Below, one piece after another: positions 1-10,625 of a DNA stretch of 64,000 bases. The stretch's first letter is position 1, and each line of letters begins with the position of its first letter. Origin of the DNA: Octopus bimaculoides (Eukaryota); contig NC_068998.1 in the NCBI RefSeq assembly GCF_001194135.2, positions 32,884,088 through 32,948,087 on the forward strand, given 5' to 3'. The translations under genes were made by a program, and so were the position numbers. The notes under the pieces were generated by a model. The model made no database searches and was not told the origin of the DNA. It saw nothing but the letters and a program-made list of their open reading frames with translations.

Positions 1-354
1 TTACGACTTACACATGAAGAAGAGGGCATGTGAGCCATTTCATTTTCATCAAGCTTTTCACAAGCAGTTGCAAATAACTCTCTATTGTGCACGTGCATAC
101 TCACACATACACATTTATATATATTCACTCATATAGGCTTCCATATCATGTTTCCATCAACATACAACTGAGGTCTTACTAATAAAGGGGTGAATTAATA
201 TATATTTGGGAAATGTAGAGGGTAGAAAGGGAAAAAGAAAAAGGCATAAGAGAGAGTGGAAGGGTGCACAGCTGGAGCCAGAGAATGTGATGATGCTAGT
301 TTAGTGCTGGTAGGAGGTTTTAATGAAACAGAATAAATTTATGTGAATGGGAAT

Positions 355-790
355 ACCAGGTGAGAAACTCTTCTCTGAAATTTAAATAGTTTCTCAACTT
401 TTAAATCTATGCAACACATTTTGTTTTCCTGTGGTACAAAGTCTGCATTTCCTTGATCTGTTTATGTATGTTTCCAATCTTTTGAGAACCTTTCATTCGA
501 TGCTGTAGCCAGTGTTATGTTTTTTTTTTTAATCTTTTATTACTATCTAGCCATGTTTGGCTAGTGTTAAGGAATTCATTTTGAATTCATGCCTGAAGAA
601 TGATCTACAGCTGTAATATCTTTGCTTTAATTTTTCTTCAGTCATGCTTTTATACCTGTTCTTTTCAATTGTCTGATTTGGTATATTTATGATGACGTCA
701 GGTATGTACAACATCCACCTCATGTATGCTTGATCAAACGAGTGAGCATTTCGCTTTCTGCATGAGTATTCTGGATTTCTTGTTAAGCAG
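355..790 (-). mobile_element. Degenerate Penelope-like element, GIY-YIG endonuclease C-terminal region
   Basis: ORF 547..798 reads YSCRKRN..MLYIPDV..RYKSMTEEKLKQRYYSCRSFFRHEFKMNSLTLAKH, matching the PLE pattern CxCR..VVY.ADV..YIGMTE..FKQRY.NH.SSFRH....NST.LSK. Frameshifted downstream pieces give SRKCRLCTT and NYLNFREEF (consensus KRCNLCL.EK...LLN.R.E). Confidence 0.7.
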
Positions 791-1199
791 GTGTACAATT
801 TAGCATAACATTCTACATGATGTTATTTTGGACTGTACTAAAGAGAGAAAGAAAATAAATAAGAGAGAGAAAGAAAATAAATAAGAGAGAGAAAGAGAGA
901 GAGGGGAAGGGGGAGGGGAGAGAGAGAGAGAGAGAGAGAGAAGCAATTAAAGAGGTATCATTTTGACACTGGTTTCAAATATAGAGAGGCAACTCCTAAT
1001 TCTTGCATGTACCATTCAATATTTGAAAACAGTAGAAAAACTGTTATAATATTCAAGAAAAGCTCAGTATCTAATTGAATCTTTGTCTCATGGGAAGTCT
1101 ATTTAGATAATATTAACTATGATATAAAGGATGTTCCTTGAGCAAAACATTTCACTGGCCTATAATTTCATAACTATTTATAATGTCATTCTTAGAAAA

Positions 1200-1335
1200 T
1201 TGTTGTTGTTGATGTTATCTAGCCCTAAGTAAGCTCTGATCAAGCAGACCTATAATCTAAGGCAACCAACATTGTTCTTTAAGTCAGCAAGGAATGGTCT
1301 GAGGGAGATTTAGCTGATACTTTTGGTAAATTGAT
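1200..1335 (-). repeat. Degenerate dispersed repeat with (CAA)n tail; related copies near 27580-27740, 36200-36360 and 36560-36800
   Basis: Shared words such as ttgttgttg..tagccc..gatcaagcagacctat and reverse-complement-like ..gatcatagg..ggggctaaa..; similarity judged by eye only. Confidence 0.4.
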
Positions 1336-1740
1336 TGACTGTGTGGGAACTCCATCTCAATTTAAATGTTAAGTGTTAATAAATAAGAATGAAATCAGAC
1401 TGTTGTTCTGTGCAATTTTTTTAATCTTATGATTTTGTTTTGTTCTTAACTTTGATCTTCTGACAATAGCTGAATGGAAACTGAATTTAATCCTAAGATA
1501 TAATACCAATCCATGGCATGTAATCTGCTTTTTATTCTCTATTGCTGCAATGCACTCCCAGTTAGTCACTATAATATCCACAGTGAATTTGAAATCAGTA
1601 TTTTTCAAGAAATAGCTCAATACTATATTCCACACCAATGTATTAGTGTTTGCTAATTATTATTTAATGGCATACATATTAAAATCATCAGAAAATTTCT
1701 GGAAACTTCACATTAGAATGCAGCATTGTGAAATATTTTA

Positions 1741-4002
1741 TTCATCATCATCATCATCATCATTTAATGTCCTTTGTCCATGCTGGCATGGGTTGGACAG
1801 TTTGGTCAGGGCTGGCAAGCTGGAAGGGTGCACCAGACACCAGTCTGTTTTCACATTGTTTCTACAGCTTCCTAAGAGTGTAATGGGTGCTTTTGCATGC
1901 CACCGACACATGCCATTTTGTGTGACACTGGTATCTGCCATGACTGTGGTTTTACTTGGCTAGATGGATCTTCTTCTTGAGCACAGCATAATGCCAAATC
2001 GACTCAGTCATTGCCTCTGTGAGGCCTAATGCTTGAAGCACAGCATGATTCCAAATGGACTTGGTCCTTGCCTCCGTGAGGCCCAACACTTGAAAGGTGC
2101 CATTTGTGTGACACTGTTATATGCCACAACTGTGATTTTACTTGGCTTGATGGGTCTTCTTCTCAAGCACAACATAAGGCCAAATGTCTCGGTCATAGCC
2201 TATTTGAAGCCCAACACTTGAAAGGAGCTCAACCACTTTGCCTTCGTGAGGCTCAGTGTTTGAAAAATGCTTTTTATGTACCACCTGCACGGAGCCAGTT
2301 ATATGAAACCAGCATCAGCCATGATCGCAATTTCACTTGGCTCCACTGGTCATCTCAAGCACAGCATATTGCCAAAGGTCTCAGTCACTAGTCATTGCCT
2401 CTGTGAGGCCCAATGTTCAGGGATCATACTTTACCACCTCATCCCATGTCTGCCTGGGTCTATCTCTACCACAGGTTCCCTCCACAGTTAAGGATCAGCA
2501 CTTCTTTACACAGCTGTCCTCGTCCATATGCATCACATGACCATACCAGTGCATTTGTCTCTCTTGCACACCACATCTGATTTCCCTTATGCCTAACTTT
2601 TCTCTCAAGATTCTTACACTCTATCGTACATGCACACTGACATTATACATCCAGTGAAGCATACTGGCTTCATTTCTTTCAAGCCTACGCATGTCCTTGG
2701 CTGTTACAGTCCATGTTTCATTGCCATGTAGCATAGCGGTTCACATACAGGCATCAAACAGTCTGCCTTTTACTCTGAGAAAGAAGCCCTTTGTTGTCAG
2801 CAGAGGAAGGAGTTCTTTAAACTATGCTCAGCCTAATCTTATTCTGACAGCTACACTCTTGAAGCATCCACCTCCACTACTAACTTGATCACTTAGATAA
2901 CGGAAGCTATCTACTACCTCTAGCTTACCCCCATGGCTGTTGATGGAGTCTATTTTCTGTACATTTTCAGTGTTTATTGTACCTGTGTATCTACCACACA
3001 CAAAAACTATTTCCCTGTTAATCTTCCTCTAGCATTGCTGCACCTTTTATATGTCCAAAGCTTACACCAGGTGCATCTTACAGAGTTACTGCTTACACCT
3101 TTTCTACAGATCGAGCTTTTCTACAGATTCAGCTATAAGAACAAGGTCATCAGCAGTGGCAGCCTGTCTTAAATTCCTCTGTTATTACCTGGAGGACTAT
3201 GATGAACAAGAGGGGGCTGAACACCTATCATTGATGAACCCCTACTTGTACACTGAATTCTTAGCTGTACTTGTTGCCTACCCTCACCTTACTGGCAGCG
3301 TCTCTGTACAAGGCTTGTACAGCTCCCACCAGCCACTCATCTATGCCTAGTTTTCACATTAACCACCAGATAAGGGATCGGGGACCCTGTCAAATACTTT
3401 CTCCAAGTTAAAAGCTAAGTACAGAGGTTTATCTTTTATTATGTATTTCTCTTGCAGTTGCCTTACCAGAAATACAGCATCAGTAGTGCTTCTCCCTGGC
3501 ACAAAACCAAACTGCATCTCATCTAGACTAACTCTCTCCCTAATTAGCTGGGCTATGACTCTCTCCATAACTTTCATCACCTGATCCAACAATTTGATAC
3601 CTCTGTAATTATTTCTATCTAAGGCATCGCCTTTACCTTTGTAGCAGTTGACTATGGTGCTGCTACACCAGTCATTGGGTATAACTCTTTCATGAATCAC
3701 TTGATTTACAATATGAGTAACTAGACCATAACCCACACCACCAGATATTTTAAGCATCTCAGCAGTGATTCCCAATGGTCCAGGAGCTTTTCCTATCTTC
3801 ATGTACTTAATTTCTTTATCTACCAGTGTACTGTCAATTCAGGTAGCTGGTCCCTCAAATGAATCAACATTTGGTAAACTCTCCTCCTCCCATTCATTCT
3901 CTACATTCAGCAGTCTTTCATAATGGCATTTCCAAGCCTCTTTATTTTCAGAATCACTAAATGCAAGTGTACCATCATCCATGCAGACACATTTCTCTCC
4001 TT
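1741..4002 (-). mobile_element. 5'-truncated RTE-clade LINE (RT domain plus 3' UTR with (GAT)n tail), with stops and frameshifts
   Basis: ORF 3359..3802: MKIGKAPGPLGITAEMLK...NYRGIKLL...QFGFVPGRSTTDAVFLVRQLQEKY...LEKVFDRVP. Downstream frames give ELLPLLTTKG, LHGNETW and WYGHV. Tail (TCA)n lies at 1741-1763. Confidence 0.95.
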
Positions 4003-6329
4003 AGGCATCTCAATTTTCTATCACTCATTGATAGGAAATATAGTTACAAATAAGAAGAATGTATTCATGTATTCAACTTTTTAATTCAAGTGAAATTACT
4101 GGGACTGATCTCACCCAGTGCATTAACTCATGAGTCCTTCATTCCACTTCATACAGAATCCTTAGCAATGTTTTTGAACAAATATTATTCATAAATTCAT
4201 GCATATAATATAACAATAATACCATTTTCCCAAGCTGTTCAGAATTAAACATCTTGGCTATGAATGCAATACAGTACAAATGGCAGGATGTGGACCAGTA
4301 ACATTGTGATTACTTGATATCTTAAATCTATATAGACAATACAAATTGTGCATAAATCATTATTCTGTTATCTCATTGAAGAAGAGATAAAATGTGTAAG
4401 CATTTAAGTTCATGCATTAAGATCCTGTGTCTTGAGCTCAAATTTAGTGTGGTTATTTTGATATCTGTTGGTAAAAATAGTTAATTCTCAATTCATCCAG
4501 TCGTCAGGACTAATTGTCTGATTTGGTAGCTATTATAAACTAGTTTCCTTTTCAATAGTTATCTATATTCTGCTTGATACTATAAAAACAGAGCTCAGCA
4601 CAAGCCCTTGAATAATCTTCAAAGTTCTTGGAGATATTTAAACTTATCTTCCTTGAGTCACATTTCAGAATTTTATAGAAAGAAAATATTTTGTTATCAG
4701 CCATTGGGTTGAAAATTACTATCTTTTATTTAAATGGAATAAAATAAATAAATAAATAAAGTTTTTTTCGTTAGTTTTCATTCTGTATTGTTAAATATTT
4801 CAGAAAGTCAACATCGTTTCAGACAAATGTCTAAATTTTCTAAATTCTATTTACCAAATGATATTGATTTGCCTTCTTCCTTTTGAAAGTTTTTTCTATT
4901 TAGCAACATAACAATGTATTGTGTGAATGGGAGGCTTGAATAAAACTTCGTTGATGATATTAATTGAATTTTAGTTGATAAAACTTCACAAACAGGCTCT
5001 TCTTTACAAAGATCTGTTTAGTAAAAATACCATTGTTTAATTTATTCGATTTTTGAAATGTTTGTCTTCATATCAGTATGAAATAAGAACAAAGCTTACA
5101 TGAATACTTCTTTGAAATCTTAACTACTTATGTTAAAATAAGGTGTAAGTTTGAAACTTTATCTGAAAAATAGTATAATACAACATATGTTTACATATTA
5201 AATTTCTTTACAAAAATAGGCAAGAAAGAAACAGTTTCACCTTACTGCTTATCATTTCTTGTGTTGTCTTGTTTCTGAAGTTTGAATTAAATTATCGAGG
5301 GATTCTTTGAAACTGTATTGTAACATAGTCAAAGCTCTATGTATGCATTTTCTATTTGTATGTAACTAACACAAGCTAAAACATCAACTATACCAACAGA
5401 ATTGCAGTTTACAGGACAATGAAAAGTGTAAACTTATTTAGACTCAACCATATTAAGAATGTTATCCTTCACTTAATTATATATTCTTCACATGGGAGGC
5501 ATCCACTGGACAACTTTCCAGTGTCTTTATTTTAAATTGCCTTATCAATGAATTATTTTCATACAAAAACTATATTCTGCCAAAGAATTTTAAGGTTTGG
5601 TAGTTGTGTTTCAATTTCTGCTTCATATGACTGAAACATGTCAAAAGTATTCACACATACCAGACTCACTATCCATTACTAATTTTCATTTGATCAGTAT
5701 AAATTCCCTCACTTGTAATAAATGCTAAGTACTTTTATTCTCACTCCAGGCATAATGTAAATAAAGTAAAAGATTTCTTTTGGTTCACTTTATAAAATAA
5801 ATTAACCAGCACTTAACTATATGTTCTTCATACAGATTACATCCCTAAGAAATTTTCCAATATTATTAATGAACAGTTTAGAATTTGATTAACTTTTAAC
5901 TAAAGTTCCGACTTCAACAAAGAATCAAAGAAACGTAGAAGAAATCAAGTTATAGATTACTTTTATTCCTTTGTAATTTTGATTCAGCTGAGATTCTAAA
6001 GATTTAAATGCATTGTTAGGAATATTTCAAAACTGATACCATAATGAAATAAAATGAACAATGATTTCAGGAAACCTTTTCTTTCTAATGTTTGTAACTT
6101 CGGATTTGTTTGGATTATTTTGAATTGTTTAGCAATATACTAGTGAAGGTGCATGGCATACAAGCATAAGATTGTAGGTTCTGTTTTTGGTCCAAGACAT
6201 GCAGTGTACTTCTTAGTAAAGTACATCATTTCATGTTGTTCCAATCAACCTTGTTGTAAATGAGTATTACCTTGGCGCTTGTCCAGCGTTCTCTTCCTCT
6301 AGTTGTCATATCCTTCTGGATGTGCCACT

Positions 6330-6900
6330 GTCTCAAAGGTAAGAGGACCAAGAAGATGTATCGAGAACATTCGTTTCACCTCTCCCTTCTCTGAAGTCAT
6401 CGTCCTCACTGACTTCAATGCCCACAACTCCTTATGGCTATCACATTCATTCATACCAATGCTACTGGGGCCAAAACTAAATCCTTTGCTTTTCTCAACT
6501 CTTTACACCAACTTGTTTCATTTCCTAGACAGATACCAAACCATCAAACAGACTTTCCAAACACTCTTGAATCTCTTTTTTTACTTCTAAAGCTAAGAAT
6601 TAAATGGTAACCTTCTTTGCTCATATTGGGTGGGACAACTGATCACTGCCTTGTTATAAATACTCAATATACAATCACATAAAACACAACATTCCCATCC
6701 CTTTAGACCCTGTTGTCAGCTAACTGGTCAGGTTTCCATCAGTGTCATACCACTTACCTCAGACAGCAAATGTGCTTCATGCTTGACCTATCAAAAACAT
6801 CTAAACAGGAAACTGAAACCATCCTTCTAGACATGTCTAAACCTCCCCCTCTCCATAACAAAAGCCTAATGCCAATATCCCAAGTCACCTTAATGTTTTA
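6330..6900 (+). mobile_element. LINE apurinic-endonuclease (APE) fragment, degenerate, different family from the RTEs
   Basis: ORF 6303..6590 contains SPFSEVIVLTDFNAHNSLWL (APE GDFNAH..W motif); downstream ANWSGF resembles A.W..F. Confidence 0.55.
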
Positions 6901-6929
6901 CTCATAGTTGTACTGCAGTTGTTTGGGGT

Positions 6930-7450
6930 AAAAATAACAGGATCTAAAATGAAAGATAAGCCTGTTTCTGCAGACAATGAACATTTTGGATCTTTGAATA
7001 ACATAGTTAACCAATCTTTTAGAACTAAGAGCAAAATTTGATCTTTTCTATATGGGCTCATATTAATGGAAAATTTGTCAAAAACTGTTTTTTGAAGAAA
7101 TGATTCAACTCAAGGCAAAAAAACAAAAAAGTTAAGGATATTATTCTGGCAGAGAGGCAAATGGTACTTGCACTTGCACATGAAGCTAAGCCTTAAGCCT
7201 ACAGATGGGCACTCTAAGACCTTTATGAAATTATATACATGAAAAGTTCAGAGGGCCTTCCCTAATGTGGAAAGCAATCTTTCAACCATTTCTTAGCTTA
7301 AGAATAACCAGGAAATTGACCAGGAAAAAGGTCTTTTCATGACCTCAAGTGAGGTTTTCTACTGATCCCTTTGATTATTGAAAATGGTAAGCTTAGACAA
7401 ATTTTGATGAGCTTTCATTATGAATAAGGCTAGAAAATAAAAATTTTAGT
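6930..7450 (+). mobile_element. hAT transposase C-terminal (dimerisation domain) relic
   Basis: Frameshifted pieces EEMIQLK, KVQRAFPNVE, IENGKLRQI, FDEL and NKARK follow the hAT/ZMYM-type C-terminal consensus AFPNVE..LR.FL...ERSFS.LK...IE.D.LR.I.FDE.I..FA..KARK. Confidence 0.6.
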
Positions 7451-7855
7451 CTTAGCAATTTGATGATTGTAGTGTCTATTTCTTAATATCTATTCCAAAA
7501 TTGTTTGTTACATTGCCACTGACAGGTGGTCGTGATCAATATATTAATACTCAAGCAATTAAATTTGTAAACACAAGTTTTTTGTAAAGAATAGCAGTAA
7601 ACTTAAAATTTCATTTTCCTGAAAATTCTTGCTTATTCAACAAAATGTTTAAAAAGTTCAGTTATTCAAAAACTTTTCACAGTTACTTTTAACATTTGTG
7701 CAATTTTTCAATCATTTTTATATTCAATAATAACATCCTATATCCTTTAGAGGAAGATTTGAGAATTGTAGATATTTACACACCTGTCAACATCCTTGGC
7801 TTTTTTCAATTTTGTTTAAAAACACCTTTCCATCTTCTTTGAGTCATGAAGTTAG

Positions 7856-7970
7856 GAGATTGGGAAATATCTCACAAGTGGAATAGCCATGGGCTTTGCT
7901 AAATCTGGCATTGCTCTCTTGATATCTATATTCACACTAGTAAGTGATGATTTTTCAAATGTTAGATCTA
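7856..7970 (+). pseudogene. Candidate exon or pseudo-exon of an MFS/SLC22-like membrane transporter
   Basis: Open frame EIGKYLTSGIAMGFAKSGIALLISIFTLVSDDFSNVRSIVF resembles SLC22 TM10-loop (LAM.GKFGI..AFS..Y..T.ELFPT.VRS). AG precedes 7856 and GTAAGT lies at 7940. Resemblance by eye only. Confidence 0.3.
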
Positions 7971-8939
7971 TTGTTTTTGTTTTTTAATCTTACATATGAA
8001 ATGTTTAAATGAACAGCAGCACTTCCTTGACTCCTTTGTGCATTCCTACTTTTACATGTAAATATTAATCTATTTTTTCATATTCATTTCTATCATGATG
8101 ATGAGAGATGTTTAAATATTCACCTACAGCCAAAATATTCAATAGAAAGCATAGTGCAAATAAATTTAAAAACCACAATTTCACAAACGGAAGTAGAACT
8201 ATGACTGACATTCTTCTTTGCATTCAATCCTGACCTTAATAATAATGATTGATGAAGTAGGGTAGTATGATATGATAAAATAGAAGAATAGCAAATATAT
8301 TTATTTGTAAATTTTTATAACAGTTTCATAGCATTAATTCAGCCACCATATTGCCAGCTTAACAAATCAACACTATCTGCTACACCAACTCAACACAAAC
8401 TTTAAGCACTAACAAAACCATTGCTACCACCACACCTGCTATATACCATGATCCACATTGCTATAGCGAGCACTATTGTTGCTTTACCCTAAGTAATGAT
8501 TATATTCACTACCTTAATAATAACTGTGCGGAGGTTAATATGAAAATTTTAATAACATCACAATAGTTGACACTAATAAATGTATAGCTTTAACACATTT
8601 TAAATAAAATGATTAGCGTAAACTAATTTTGGTAATAATAACTTTCATATATACATATATATATATATATATAAATATATACATTTCTGTTTAGCTTCTT
8701 ACATACACACAAATACATATATATACATATAATATATATCTATATATCTGTCCTACCCATGCATGCATGGAAGATGGACATTAGATGATGATGATGATTA
8801 GGATTGACACAGAGACTTAAATATGTGTTGTACCTAATTTATGGATATTTTCATATACTCGTCTATTTCTTAACATCATTCCATGACAAAAATTGTCTGG
8901 ATCTGCAGTAGCAACTGGTAAGCAATGATATATATGTTT

Positions 8940-9680
8940 GTATCTTGATCTATATAATGTGTCTGGCATTCTTGTTAGTCGCTGCTGGGGTTATTTTCAT
9001 CTTCCTCATATGTATTATCATCTACCTTATATGTATTAAACCCAACACGCACCTAAAAGATATCTCTGGTGCATACTGCAGTAACTTGTCTTCAAACGAT
9101 GTATAATCTAGTCAATAATGCATTTACTACTGCAACCCAAATTGGATTTAGTGGGGCAAATAAGCCTAACTGAAGTTTTAATGTAGAAGCCAGGCTTGTG
9201 GTTCTTCAGGGTGAAGTGGGGGTGGGTGGGTGTCTAGGTGTATAAGGTTCCATTTGATCAAGTAATCCAAGGTCTTGAATCAGCTTATAGTAGAAGTCGT
9301 TGATATCCTTAAGTTAGTGTATATATTGATTAGGAGGGTATAAGTTCCTGGTTTTGTCCAAAAACATACAAATGCAAATCCTAGAAATAATCCTGGAGAG
9401 GTCCTTTTGGAATGAATTCATCATATTCAAGAATTTTATGTCCCTAATCCATTTTGAATTTAGCCAGGGAGGGGTTAGGTGGTGGATTTTTTATAAGTTC
9501 TTAAATTATAGTAATCTCTATCTTTGGAGTAGTAAGAATTATTTCATTTGTTGTCATAGAAGAAAGCCTTCCATCTCATCTGTGAAATGAAGTCATTGAT
9601 ATTCTGTAATAGTAGTTCCATGTAAAGGAATTGGAATATTTTTAGTAGAGGTGCCAAAACATTGCTTATCTACAGTAAGT
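8940..9680 (-). mobile_element. Degenerate Penelope-like element, N-terminal region and start of RT
   Basis: Minus-strand pieces KNIPIP, INDFISQMRWKAFFYD, FQKDL, VFLDKTRNLY and FTLKNHKPGFYIKTSVRLICPTKSNLG match PLE KNIP.P...F.KRMRWKA.F...DKT.N.Y...ITLKDHK.NF....CRLINP.KS.LG. Confidence 0.8.
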
Positions 9681-9792
9681 GTAATCTATAAGTAGTAATC
9701 AGCTGAACAAAGGCTATATGGATAGTACACGAGAGCAGAGTGTGTTCGGTATAAAAAACACATAGTAATACTTTTTCTTTTTTTTTTTTTCC

Positions 9793-9992
9793 TTTTTACT
9801 TGTTTCAGTCATTTGACTGCGGCCATGCTGGAGCACCACCTTTAGTCAAACAAATCGACCCCGAGACTTATTCTTTGTAAGCCTAGTACTTATTCTATCG
9901 GTCTCTTTTGCCAAACCGCTAAGTGATGGGGACGTAAATACACCAGCATCGGTTGTCAAGCAATGCTAGGGGGGACAAACACACACACACAA

Positions 9993-10037
<45 letters not shown>

Positions 10038-10134
10038 TACGACGGGCTTCTTTCAGTTTCCGTCTACCAAATCCACTCACAAGGCTTTGGTCGGCCCGAG
10101 GCTATAGTAGAAGACACTTGCCCAAGATGCCACG
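9793..10134 (-). mobile_element. tRNA-derived SINE family A (central microsatellite), 5'-truncated
   Basis: Tail tgtttcagtcatttgactgcggccatgctggagcacc, central (CA)n(TA)n and body gacgggcttctttcagtttccgtctaccaaatcc, shared with about 9 other copies in the window. Confidence 0.9.
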
Positions 10135-10139
10135 AAACT

Positions 10140-10520
10140 CTAAATTCTTTGTCCTAGACAAGGCTCATGCTATCAATAGTGGCTATAAGAAAAATTCGAA
10201 CCAAGCTGATGTGGAGTTAGTAATGGAGATAAGCATAGTTAAGCTTGATATAAATATATTTAAATGTAGCACAAAGAATACAGAATAATTATAAACTGGA
10301 TGGATAAAATATATTAAATGACACATCCATACTGAATGATCAGTATATCCCTCTTCTAGTATTGATGGCACAGCACCTCTGACTATTTTCATCAAGAAAA
10401 TACAGTTTAATTCAATTAAATATAGATTTGGTAAGGAAGAAGGTTTTACAAACTTCATTTTGAATGTTCAAACGTAATTCAATGTACCTATTGTTTTCAT
10501 CAAAAAGATTGTGCATGACA
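10140..10520 (-). mobile_element. Second, more decayed Gypsy RT fragment outside the LTR-bounded element
   Basis: cctcttctagtattgatggcacagcacctctgactattttcatcaa at about 10330-10375 is nearly identical to about 11999-12045 (DENSQRCC.INTRRGIY). Confidence 0.7.
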
Positions 10521-10625
10521 CAAGGTTATAATTATATGTGCACACACACACATCTATATGCCATATATATATAATAGGGGTAAGAAGATGAAAAATGAAG
10601 TTAGCATATCTTTATAATTAGTTAC

